A stretch of 64,000 nt of DNA, from NCBI RefSeq assembly GCF_006345805.1, contig NC_043020.1:29946001-30010000 (forward strand). The letters are read 5' to 3'. The notes under the pieces are model-generated. The model worked only from the letters and a program-made list of their open reading frames with translations. It ran no database searches and was not told where the DNA came from. Made by a program: the position numbers and the translations under genes. Positions 26,601 through 40,300 of the stretch are shown piece after piece. The stretch is from Octopus sinensis (taxonomy: Eukaryota). The stretch's first letter is position 1; each line of letters starts with the position of its first letter.

Positions 26601-29600
26601 GCCTCTGCTCGATAGGAAGCAAAGGGTTTTAGTAAGAAAGTAATCAAGCAGAGGCTGAACATATTTAACAGGGGGCATCAGAGTAGGGGATCAATGCATT
26701 TTTAACAGATGGCATCAAGTATGGAGTGAACATTTAATAGAATGCAGTAAAAATATGAAGAGAGAGAAACAACCATAAACTCAATGACCAATGCTTTTCT
26801 GGCAAGAAGGGAAGACAACTGCAGACATGTTTCAGTCCCGTTATACCTCTTCAGCAAATAGGCTTCATATTTGCCAGTGGTGATAGAAGACACGTTCTAC
26901 ATAGATGACAATCTTCTACAGCAATTCTATGCAGGGTTCTCTCAATGTGCTATGTCTCCATGAACTCACTGTACCTACTAGAAATAGCTGTCAAAAACAC
27001 TCCTGCTAATCAGGCCCTTATAACTTTAAAAACAAAATGCACATTCTTTCATTCTCTTACAGGTTTCAGCTCTAAGGCTGTGGCCATGCTGGAGCAGTGG
27101 CAGTATGTAGATTCTTTTATAGAAGCCAAGGGTATGTACACATGTGCATGTGTATATATATATATATATATGTGTGTGCTTATGTTTACCCATCATAAAA
27201 GCAAGAACATTCTGTAATCTAGCAGTTCAAAAAACAGAGATCAATAAAATGAGTATCATTGGGACTCGATATGATCAGCTAAATATGTAAAAGTGATGCT
27301 CCTGCATGGCCTTGAACTGATGACTAAAACCAATAAAAGAATATGTAAGAACATGCCAGTGTGTGTGTTGTGTGTGTGTGTAAGCTTCTTTCCTGTGAAG
27401 CAACCCAATTATTTTATATCGCAATTTCAAAGAAAGGGATTTGTTCCACAACATCTCCTACTCACCCAGTGGCACTAGACACTGACTGGATCTTCACACT
27501 GCTGCTACCACCACACTTCTCATTCCAGTAGTCGTTTAATTTGGTCCCTAACGATGTCATGAATGTACTGCAAAAGACAAACAACAACAGAAATTAGAAT
27601 CAGCAAACAATAAACATTTGACGGTTGGGGATCAATAACGAGCTTCAAACTAATTAGTAATTCATTCTAATTCTGGCACAAGGCCAGCAATTTTGAGAGG
27701 AGGAGGAGGAGGAAGTTGGTTACATTGAGCCCAGTATACGACTGGTACTTTATTTTATTGACTCTGAAAGGATGAAAAGTAAAGCAAACCTTGGTGAAAT
27801 CTGAACTCAGAACATAATGAGCTGAATGAAATGCAATTAAACATTTTGTCTAACAATTCTGCAAGATTACTGCCATGATAATAATAATAATAATAATAAT
27901 AGTAAGGGTTTCAAATTTTGTCACATGGGCAGCCATTTTGGGGGAGGGGACTAGTCGATTACATTGGCCCCAGTATTCAACTGGTACTTAAATTTATCAA
28001 CACCGAAAGGATGAAATGCAAAGTTGACCTTGGCGGAATTTGAACTCAGAACATAGCGATGGGTGAAATACTGTTAAGCATTTCGTCCAGCGTGCTAACG
28101 ATTCTGCCAGCTTGATACCTTAATAATAATGATGATAATAATAATCCTTTCTACTACAGGTACGTGGCCTGAAATTTTGGGGAAGGGAGTCAATTACATC
28201 AACCTCAGTACTCAACTGGTACTTATTTTATTGACCTTGAACAAGTGAAAGGCAAAGTCAACCTTGATGGAATTTGAACTCTGAAGGCAAAAATGTACAA
28301 AATGCCACCAGGTATTTTGTCCAGCGTGGTAATGAGTCTGCCAGCTCACCTTCTTAATAATAATAATAATGATTTGCATCTGGCATAGGCAAAAGACCTG
28401 TGATCTTAATTGTGCGATGGATCAGCGTCCTGTCCAGAGAGGAACATATAGACAACAGAGAAACCGGCCCTGTGCTCCTTATGAAGTAAAATGGACTGAC
28501 CAGTGATTGGTGTAATTGGAAAATTGTAACCAACAACCCAACGGACATCAATTGTTCTATATTAAATACATATAAATAAAAGTGTGTTTGGACAGGGATG
28601 GGAGAAACACTTACTTATATCGGTCTGTTCGTTTAAAATCTTGTTTGTTGTGAATGGGATCAAGAAAATCCACTTCAACGACTCCGACAACACCAACACC
28701 AAGTTCATTGGCCTGGAACAAAAAAAAGAGAATGTTGTATTTTATGAGGGATGGAGAGAAAGCGAGGTGAGGAGACTGTAAAGAAGCCTGGTTAATGTCA
28801 GCCCTTTAGGTCCTGTGCTCAAATACTGCTGACTGTTTGTGTGTAAATAATTACACATGCTTGACATTTCGCCAAGCATTCTAACAACCTTGCACCTCCC
28901 TGCCATTTCAATTAATATTGAAAATAACGAAGTGAAATTAATATTGAATAACGAAGTGAAATAACCATTATTATCAAGATGGTATTTGAGACGTATTTTT
29001 AACATGAAATTTAGATAGAAGCTTAAATTTAGCACTTTAAAACAGGAAGTTTCTATCATGGGACCAGAGGAGATCTCAGACAGGTTGGCACCAAAAGGGT
29101 TAAACAGTCACATAAGACTGCAAAAAGAAAGAGGATAACAGAAGCTTACCTGTCGCTGGTAACCAACTTTCTCATAGGCTTTGATCAATCGGTTCCGATG
29201 ATACATCAACACACCATAATTTTCTGAATCAAACTCATTCTTGTTTGGACTGAAGCCGAACGTAAGCAGAATTGGTTTTGGCTGGAAGCAAAGCTAAGGA
29301 AACGGACAATTTCTTCATGTCGTAGTAAATAATAATGTAGATTCAATAAGGTGCATACCTCACAATAGGAATAAGTGGCCCAAGGGAAACACACAATGTC
29401 TTAACCCTTTAGCATTTAAACTGACCAATATCTGGCACAAATATCTACCAGTTTTAGGTTTAGGTTTTAAACTGGCGAGATCAGGCCTCTCACACGTACC
29501 CTACAATGTCATTCTAAGGATAAACAGTCATCTCATCAAAATCTTGAAGCTATGAGACGAGGCATGGATGATTCAAAACTGCGAATGAATAAACCTTGCA

Positions 29601-31301
29601 TTTGACAGAATACTGAAGGGTATTTTGAAGTCACTGTCAGTAACACACACACACACACACGTACATACCTACATGTAAAAGGGTCATTTTTGGTCATTTT
29701 GAAAAGGATACAAGCCATGTAGGTCGATAGATGTCTGTTTCTGTTCTGGACAAACTCTTTGAAATTAATTTGGTTTGAACTTTTTTACCTCGAAGTATAA
29801 TCTTCATCCTAGGTTTCAAATAGAGGATGGAACAGTATTCCTGAAAGTCAGAGAAGATGGAGTTAAAGAAACAGAACCAAAATTAACCAATTACTATAAC
29901 AACAACAACAACCACAAGAATCACCACCATTTGATAGAGGGAAACTGAAAGAAGCCATTGTATATTATATATATATATATATATACATTTGTATGTGTAT
30001 GTGTCTTTCTGTGTTTGCCTCTCAGAACCACTTGACAACCAGTGTTGGTGTGTTTATGTCTGTGTAACTTAGCAGTTTGGCATAAGTGATTGATGGAATA
30101 AGTACCAAGCTTAAAGAAGAAAAAATAAAAGAATAACTACTGGGGTTGATTTGTTTGACTAAAAATTCATCTAGGTGGTGCCCCAGCATGGCCACAGTCC
30201 AATGACTGAAACAAAGAAGACTGGAGAATGTAATTACATTTGCCCAGTCTCTGATGGAACATGTTCAGAATGAATATCGTCAGCGTCATCAAATGTCAGT
30301 TTTCCCATGTCGGTCTGGGATGGACAGTTTGACAGGATCCGACGAGCCAGAGGGGGACTACATCGAACTCCCTACATCTGCTTTGCCATGGGTCTAAGGC
30401 TGGAAATCCTTCCTCACTGCACTGTACCTGGGGTTAAACAGTCTTCTAACATAGCCCCCAGGTTGACCAATGCCATTTCGAAGAACTTTTTAATAGATGG
30501 AAGTCTGTTGTTGTGAATCATCCTTTGACATTTTCTATCCAAAAGGAGTTTTCCAACTCAGTATTTGCTAGTATTTATAGCTTTATGTGATGTGTCTCCA
30601 GATCCAATGTTCCAAAAAAGAACTGCTTTGCATCTTTCTAAAGTTTGTAAAATTCTTCTTTATATTTTATGTGGTGATGTAATATCAATTATGCAATTAA
30701 CAGTTGTAAACTAAAGGAATAAACATCCGTGTTCTCACTTCACTTCTCTTATCTTATCTGATCAATCCACATATAGTGCTAGTGCCATGGAAAAAGCACT
30801 GGGTCCACTCTGTGGAGTGGTCGGTGTTAGGAAGGGCATCCAGTCATAAAATCCCTGCCAAAACAGACACAGTAACCTGGGGTAGATTTTCTACATTGCT
30901 GGCTCCTGTCAACCGTCCTACCCATGTATGCATGGAAGATGGATGTTAAAACAATGATGATATATATATATATATATAAATAATCATATATATATATAGT
31001 CAATTCAAATAAAAAAGTAAAAATTTACGGGTAACAAGATGTGCACAAGAAATGCGTTACTTGATGCTTGGCGAAAAGAGAGAGATTGACATTTTGAGCA
31101 TAGCTCTTTGTGCAGAAAGGAAAAAGGGAAAAGTTCAAAGAAAGAAAAGAAATCACCAACAGCACGTGTGTAATTACATTGCTGAAGTGTGAGCCATCAT
31201 CATCGTCATTGTTTAAGGTCCGCTCTATGCTAACATGGGCTGGAGGGTTTGACTGAGGACTGGCAAGCCAGAAGGCTATACCAGGCTCCAATCTGATTAT
31301 G

Positions 31302-31335
<34 letters not shown>

Positions 31336-34300
31336 TATATACATGCGTCTGGTGTATCTATGCGTGCGCATTCACTCACAATCAATGTACATGTATGTTG
31401 ACATTCCTTGTTATCGTTACGACTGGTAGCTCTGCACTTTCAAAGTGCCAGTGGAATAAAGGAAACCCTTACTTGAAAAGCAGGTATGGTTTGGCAAAAA
31501 AGGAAAGCATCCAGTCATAACACCCTGCCCCATGTTGCCCTCTGTCCAAACTCATACCAACATGAATGATGAAAAAGATTTTAAAAAAATGTTGGAGGAA
31601 GAAGAGTAATCCATCTTACTCTAAGTGATCTACGGTACTCGGGTGAGTACTGGCTGAGAGGACGGTTGATAGAGGAGTAATCAAACTCGTGACTCTCTGG
31701 ATTTCGGATGTCGGCAGAATCACTTTCGAAGTCCAGTTCGAGCTTGCCATCATTGCCCCTGAAACAAGGAAACAAGAAATAATACAATGGTATAACTATG
31801 TTCTTACTTGGAAGAACAAGACAACAAGAATCTGAGAGAGAGAGAGAGAGAGTTTTAAGTAGTAAAAATGATTGTCATGTGATAAAACTTATAGTTTGCA
31901 TAAAATTTACAGATTACTGAAGAGTAGGGGTGGGGAAACTTTTTAGTGCAACGGTCAAAAATTTCCAAAGAAAAAGGTCCATGGGCAGATCACAAGTCCT
32001 AATTCTTACAGGTGTAAATCTTATACGTATATTTATAATTCAATATTCATTATTAATAAAGGTAAGTTTAATACATTAAATTAACGTGTAACATCTTCAT
32101 TAATGCCGCCACTGAATTTAGGACTTATATTACTTATGAGGTATTCTATGTTTTTCAAAAGGTACCAATCCTAATGTTGGAGAAATCCTAACAATCAAGC
32201 ACAGACCAAATTCAATTTTGGAAAATTCTACACTTGTAGAGTAATAAAGTAAAAAAACAAAAACTTTCTTACCTTTTCAAATTGTAGATAATAATTTTGG
32301 TTCCAGTTTTGAGCATTTCAAGAGTGCCAAGTTCCTCAAGTAAGCTGCTTTCTTTGCGAAATATAGAGTACTTGAGAATTGCTCTTAAGTTGTTTAAACT
32401 CCCTTGGTTGGCAGAGCGAGTTTCTAAGAGGAACAGATAAGGAAGCAGAGACACGGGAAAACCAGAAATACATACAAGTACGAACACAAAGGCAAGGGCT
32501 GAGGCAGATACAGGGACCGTCTGGTTGGATTCTTCTCTCAGGCCACACATTCCTAACAGTTCTACAAACAGATACCATTCTGTGGTGTTTTGGTAGAACA
32601 AAGAGAAATACACCTGAAGTCTGCTGGATAACACTCCAGGCTGAATGCTTTGTTTGAGTTTGCTCAAATCATCCAGGACCCCAACCATATTACTGCTAAT
32701 GTCTTTAGATCTGGTGATTATGGATAATATTGATTTCAAATTTTGGCACAAGGCCAGCAAGTTCAGGGGAGGGGTTAAGTTGAATACACTGACCCCAGGG
32801 CCTGACTGGCACTTATTTTATCAACCCTGAAAGGATAAAAGGCAAAGTCAGCCTTGATTGAATTTAAACTGAGATCGTAAAGATGGAGGAAAGGCTGCCA
32901 AGCATCTTGCCTGGCAGGCGAAGGAGTCGGCCAACTTGCTGCCTTAACCATGGTTAAGAGATGAGAGATAAAATGTTAGAATTACAAAATGATACACTCC
33001 AAAATTTCAGGCAGTCCACCATCACCACCGCCAATACACACATTTTACAAATATACATCTTGCAAATTGGTGGTCTGGGGTTCAGTCTCAGCGCATGGCA
33101 TCTTAGGCAAGTGTCTTGTACAATGGCTCTGGGCCAACCAGTGTTTTGCGAGTGAATTTAGTAAATGGAAACTGTGTGTGTATCTGTCCCACTCACCCAT
33201 CCGTTTGGGAACTGGTGTTGGTTTGTTTACATCCCTGTGACTTAGTAGATCATCAAAAGAGGGTGACAATAAATACCAGAATTAAGAAAAAAAAAGAAAC
33301 AAAAGTACTGCATTTGATTTTGTCTCACTAAACCATTCAAGGCAGTGCTCCAGCATGGCTGCAGTCCAATGATTGAAACAAGTAAAAGAAAAAAAAAAAA
33401 ACGATTTTTATATAAGAGAGGATACTCTGAGGAAGTTTCCAGGTGACGATAGGGACAAGCACAGTCTCCTCCCGGACAGCTTCGAGGTATGATTGTGACA
33501 ACATGCCGACACTCATACTGTTCAGATTTCGGGTAAAAACAAGAGCATCACGACCGAGACGCATGGAACCAGACTTGAAGCCGTTGCCATATTGCCCGAT
33601 CGGTTTGTGTCCGCTAACGGCAACCTTTTCACAGAATCCAAAACTGGAAAAAACAACAATGAGATTTAAAAGAAGAAAAAAAAACATCACATGTTAGAGG
33701 AAATTTTAAAAGAATGCAATTAACAACAATACACTAATTACTTTTCAAATGGTTACTTAATCTAAATGTCTAAAACAAGATATCAATGCAATTTTAATTT
33801 TTCAGACACGCACAGGTGCAGGAGTGGCCGTAAGGTGAGATGCTTGCTTACCAATGATATGGTTCTGGGTTCCGTCCCACTGTGTGGCACCTTGGGCAAG
33901 TGTCTTCTACTATAGCCTTGGGCTGACCAAAGCCTTGTGAGTGGATTTGGTAGATGGAAACTGAAAGAAGCCCACTGTGAATTTGTGTCTTTCTGTCTGT
34001 ATGTCCCTCACCACTACATGACAACCGGTGTTGGTGCCTTTATACCCCTGTAACTTAGCAGTTCAGCAAAAGGGTTCAACAGAATAACTACCAGGCTTTA
34101 AAATAAAATAAAAATGTCCTGGGGTCGATTCATTTGACTAAGAATTCGCTCCAGCATGGCCGCAGTCTTATGACTGGAACAAGATAAGTAAGAAGATGTC
34201 ATTTGAAACGTTTGCTTTACAACCATATGTGGTTTATGCCCAATTCCATTGTGTGACCCTTTGGGTGCCTTTCACTATAGCCAGAAGTTAGCCAATGCTT

Positions 34301-37300
34301 TCCAACTAAAATATTGTTGTCATCATCATCCTCCTCACCATCACTTCACATCCATTTTCCAAAGCTTGCATGTGTCAGGGAGTATTTGCTGAGGCAGATC
34401 TTTTACAGCCAGATGTTCTTCCTGTTTCTAAGCAAGGTAATATTCCCCATGGTTACGGTTAGACATGTCTTTTTACGCAAGACTGGAAATGAATGACAAT
34501 GTTTGTTTACAGCCAACGCATAATGTCATGGCAAGAGTCATCTTCTAACACCCACTTTTCCATGCTTCAATGGGTCAGACGGAGTTTGCTGAGGCAGATT
34601 TTCAGCAACTAGATGCCCTTCATGTTGCCAACCCTTATTTCCAAACATAACATTCCTCTTTGCTAGACAAAGGATATGGTCAGTATAGTAAATAATACTA
34701 GACACTAGTAGTACTTGTGGAAATTCAATGGCTATTTTGAAAATTCTAAGATGACTGGAAGTTTATACAGACCCATCAAATATCAGATTTGGGGGAATAA
34801 AAGACAAACAAACCAATTAGACCCCCACCCCCCAATTTCAGCTGTACATATTCGGGGGGGGGGGGATTGTTTTTGATGCACATGTGCAGCAAAAGTGCAT
34901 TTTATATAACATCAGTTAAGGCATTAATTTCTGTTGAGATTGTATTTAAAAAAATCCTTAAATTAGTGGTTGCCAACCAGGGTCCATATAAGATTATTTT
35001 GTTAAACATTGGGTGTATTCTTTGACATTCTGGTCCCCACACAACACGAAAGCAATGTGAAATGAAGTATTTTGCTGAAGAACACAAAACGCTGTCTGAC
35101 CTGGGGATCAGCCCGCCCCCTAACCACTAAGCCATGCACCTTGATCGTTACCTGTGCCGCTGGACTGGCTCCTGTGCAGGTGGCACATAAAAAGCACCAT
35201 TTGAGTGTGGCTGTTGCCAGTACCACCTGACTGGCCCTCGTGCTGGTGGCATGTAAAAGCACCCACTACACTCTCGGAGTGGTTGGCGTTAGGAAGGGCA
35301 TCCAACTGTAGAAACTCTGCCAGATCAGATTGGAGCCTGGTGCAGCCATCTGGTTCGCCAGGACTCAGTCGAATCGTCCAACCCATGCCAGCATGGAAAG
35401 TGGGCGTCAAACGATGATGATGATGATGTATATTTATTTATCTCAGGCAACCAAAGCAGAAAGAAATGAACAATCAAAAGAAATTCAGAGAAAGTAAAAT
35501 ATCTAAGCAGAAATTTCTGTTGGAATTTAGTAAAGAAAGACTGAGAGAGAGAGAGAGAGAGAGAGAGTAGAAGGGGAAAATGTGAAGCAATAGAGAGAGG
35601 GGGAGAGAGTGGTAGGAGAGGTTTACCTTAACATTCTAAGTAATTTCTCTGGATCCATTCCATTTCCATTATCCACAAATGTCAAACAGATTTTATTATT
35701 AAAGATTGTTTTGTCAATCCACAGCTGAGATGCGTTGACATCTGGATCATAGGCATTATCTGGAAACACGCAAAAAAAGGTGACGGCTGACAACGACTGA
35801 TAATCTTACACCAAAAACTGAGTAGAGATCAAAATTACATGCAACAGAATTGGATTAAAATAGCCACCTGTGTATCATATAGAAAGACATCTCAAAAAAG
35901 GCAAATTTACTGTGGCATTTGTCCAGGGATAATATCTTTTATGAATGTGCTACATTTAAAAACTATATATATATATATGAATAAATAAAACATAAGCATA
36001 TATACATACATATATGTACGTACCTACCTCTACATGTATATATACATGCATATATGGGTACAGGACACCGAAAAAACGTCGAACACAATGAGAAACGAAA
36101 ACATAAACACAAAACCAAGGAAATGGACATTTTTTTAAACAACGAAAAAATAGAGTACAGGACATACAAAACAAGGAAAATTCCCCTTCTTCAGTCGCCT
36201 TAGATTCATCTACTCCACGTTTTGAAGGTCAAGGCAATACATGACTTCAATGAAAATTTCCTTCCCACGAAAATCAAATTAAATAAAATTTGAGATTTTT
36301 TTGCGGAGGGGCAAAAATGGTAACAAAAACAGGACAGTAACGACAGTACAAAATATAAACAGTAAAGGACAGGACACAGAGAATAACAGTAACACAAACA
36401 AATATATATATATACACACATATATATAGGATCAGACTGGATCCTGGCACAGCCTCCCAGCGTGCCAGCCAAGTCAAACCCATACCAGCATGGACAATGG
36501 ACATTAAATGATGATGATTGGATGATTTTAAAAATAAAATGTAAGTGACCTTGAAAGAAAATAAAGTAAATGCATGCTGGACTGAAAATTTAGATTCAAA
36601 CTCATATTCCGTATGCGACAACATTCCAATGTATGCACGGAAGATTGGAATACCATTTATACTGCAAAAAAGAATTCTGAAAGATTTTCACATTGGACAT
36701 TCAGGAATGTTGCACAAGAAAGCACTTATGAGAAACTATGTGTATTGGCCAAAGACGGATAAAAATATGGAAAATCTCATAAGATCCTGCAGAGGCTGTG
36801 CTCTGAAAATGAAATCATCTACTATAAGATATTAACTGTGGCCAACGACTGAGACATGGTGGCCCAGGTTTCACATAGATTTCTTGTGAATAGCTACACA
36901 AAATGGCCAGAAGTATGTAAATGTAGACTTCCTACATCCTCTGCAGCATTTGATTTCTTCCATGACACATTTGCTCGATATGGTATACCAGATACCATTG
37001 TATCCGATAATGGAACACAGAGATTTCTGTCAGATGTTCCAAATTGATCATAAAACCATGCCACCATTATCACCCACGGTCAAATGGTCAGGCAGAATGG
37101 CCTGTGGACACGTTCAAGAGGGTATTAAGAAAAGCAAACAACAGAAAGATTGATGACCTGGCATTAATAAAATTTCTAAGGTGGCACGTAAAAAGCACCA
37201 TCCGAACGTGGCCGATGCCAGTGCCGCCTTGACTGGCTTCCATGCCCGTGGCACGTAAAAAGCACCAACCAATTGTGGCCATTTCCAGCCTCCCCTGTGC

Positions 37301-40300
37301 CGGTGGCACGTAAAAAGTACCCACTACACTCTTTGAGTAGTTGGTGTTAGGAAGGGCATCCAGCTGTAGAAACACAGCCAGATCAGACTGGAGCCTGGTG
37401 CAGCCTCCTAGCTTCCCAGACGCCCGGTCAACCATCCAACCCATGCTAGGATGGAAAATGGACGTTAAACGATGATGATGATGTATAGAGTTACCCCAAA
37501 CCCAAATGCACCATCAGGCAAATTCCCAGCCAAACTAATGTTCACGAGAAAGATGAAGTTGATATTCAACAAACTGCTATCAAGCAGAGAAAAAAACCCA
37601 AAAACTTGGAATAACAACAATGACTAAAGCATGAGACTGAAAAATTTCGAAAGTAGGTAAAAAAGTGCTTTTTAAAGCATACAGATGTGGAAACCAATCA
37701 TGGGAGGACGGTATTATTTGTAATAGAATTGGTAAAAAAGGCAAAAGGACAAGGGTTCGATTTCAAAAGATATGAAAACCAGTTGAGAAAAAGATACACT
37801 GGGGATAATAAAAGAATTGAAGAACCGATGGATTTTAGGTCCCCTATGTTTGAAAGTACCATTATCAGGTAAAAGTGACACACCTGTTGAGGGTAATACG
37901 AGAGATTTCCAGAGCCTTTAATGGTTGACCCAGAAAAGAAAAAGTATTGAACCCCATTCAGAGTTGATTTTTGTTTTTTAAAAACAGGGGAGATGTGGGG
38001 GAGAAATTTAAGAAAAAAAATGTGTACACCCACACTCTCTGAAAAGTGTGTAGCTTAAAAGGAGAGTTGTTGTGGAGTGAAGTGGCACCTCTATACCTGA
38101 CCGTCAGTGGACTGGATGAGTCTTATAAACTGATGAGCCAGTAGACAGGTGAGGTCAAACTGTGAGAACGTTAGTCTCGTTATTGTGCAAACGGTTATAA
38201 TAAGATAACCATTTCACAGGATTGGCCATGTTATAAATAGCTTGCTTACTAGCCACATGGTTCTGGGTTCAGTCCCACTGCGTGGCACCTTCTTCTACTA
38301 TAGCCTTGGGCTGACCAAAGCCTTGTGAATGGATTTGGTAGCTGGAAACCGAAAGACGCCTGTTGTATGTGTGGGTGTGTATGTATGTATATATATATAT
38401 ATGTGTGTGTGTTTTTGTCATCCCCCTCAACAATGCTTGTGTGTTTATGTCCCCGTAACTTAGCAGTTTGGCAAAAGAGAACCGATAGAATAAGTCCTGG
38501 GGTCAATTTGTTCGACTAAAGGCAGTGCTCCAGCATGGCCACTGTCAAATGACTGAAACAAATAAAAGAATAACTCGTTACATTGCTTGTTGTTATACTG
38601 TTATATATGGTACTGTGATGTTGTTACACACACACACACACCATATATCGTCACTGACGATATAACATTTATATACATACATCATCATCATTTAACGTCC
38701 ACTTTCCATGCTAGCATGGGTTGGACGGTTCAACTGGGGTCTGGGAAACCCGAAGGCTGCACCAGGCCCAGTCAGATCTGGCAGTGTTTCTACAGCTGGA
38801 TGCCCTGCCTAACGCCAACCACTCCATGAGTGTAGTGGGTGCTTTTTACATGCCAACCGCACAGGTGCCAGACGGAGCTGGCAAACGGCCACGCTTGGAT
38901 GGTGCTTTTTACGTGTCATTGGCATGGAGGCCAGGCGATGCGGCACTGGCTACGGCCACGTTCGGATGGTCCTCTTATGTGCCAGTGACACTGGTACCAC
39001 AACTATAAATTCCATATACATATATATTCTTTTTATTTTTATTTGTTTCACTCCTTTCACTGCGGCCATGCAGGAACATCGCCTTTAGCTGTATGCAACA
39101 ATAACATCAGTCACTGGTAAAGAATCTGGCAAGTGCCTATTTCGTGTGGTGGCAACATCTCGGTATTTTCTCAGCACACTTGTATATACACACACACAGA
39201 CGCAAGGCCTAAAGTGGAGAGGTCTCAGAGTAAACTTAACTAAGACTAATGTTTTAATTAACAGTAAAGAAAAAAGGATTCTACAACTACCTGGGAAATA
39301 CCTGTGCACAATATGACCGAAACAAGTGTGGCCAAATGGACACTGAAATGATCACACACATACGTCCATCAACATTATTCAAATTAGCCAAGGCCCTTAG
39401 CATTCTTTACTCATTTTGCATATAGCTAGGTTCTATCTGCTGGAATCAAAGTAAGACAGCTGATGTGCTGATGATGTCTGTTAAGACAGAAACAAGCAGT
39501 ATATCTTTTTCATAAAGTCATATCTTCTTGTCTTGAGACAGCATTCACCTGGGATGGGATGAGCTTGCTTTATTCATCCTCAATGCTGCATCTCTCACAA
39601 ACACCGACCAGACCTGGCGATTTGAGGCTAACAACCACGTGATCTTCAACCACTCCCTATTCCAGCGGCGAACGCCGTAGATATGGGGGCCTAGGTTGGG
39701 TTCCAGATCAGCCTTGACTGTTATCAGCCAGGTTTTTCATTGTCCACCACATCGCTTTTGCCAACCCTGAAGGGGAGCTGGGGCAATTGCTTCGTAGATG
39801 AATTCTCCTGCTTGATGACGGAGGGCATGACCCAACCAATGCAGACGTCATATCAATTCCAGGGAATCCTAATCCCTGAGATCATCTTTATTTCTCATTC
39901 AAAGACCATCACTTCTGCTACCAAGTGTTTGTTCACCTCTCACAGTGAAAAATCAATTCAGTAATTGGCAAATTAACCTTCGATTGCCAAGTAACGAGAT
40001 CCGATTGCTGCTAATTTGTTTAACACTGACGTTTCATCATCATCATCATCATCCTCGTTTAACGTCCGTTTTCCATGCTGGCATGGGTTGGACGGTTCGA
40101 CCGGGGTCTGGAAGCCAGAAGGTTGCACCAGGCTCTGATCTGATCTGGCAGTGTTTCTACGGCTGGATGCCCTTCCTAACACCAACCACTCCGAGAGTGT
40201 AGTGGGTGCTTTTTACGTGCCAGTCAGGCTGGCAACAGCCACGATTGGTTGGTGCTTTTTACATGCCACCGGCACAGAAGCCAGTCAAGGCGGCGCCCAA

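Noticed and set aside
26290-26900. Possible LINE ORF2 remnant (similar-looking tracts at 39560-39960 and 55280-55545)
   Set aside because: No diagnostic motif could be recovered by eye, so left uncalled
36170-36235. CTGAAGAAGGGG on the minus strand, as a hammerhead
   Set aside because: No correctly placed GAAAC or consistent stems
38129-38175. CTGATGA-GCC..GGT in the putative Gypsy LTR, as a hammerhead
   Set aside because: GAAA core is absent
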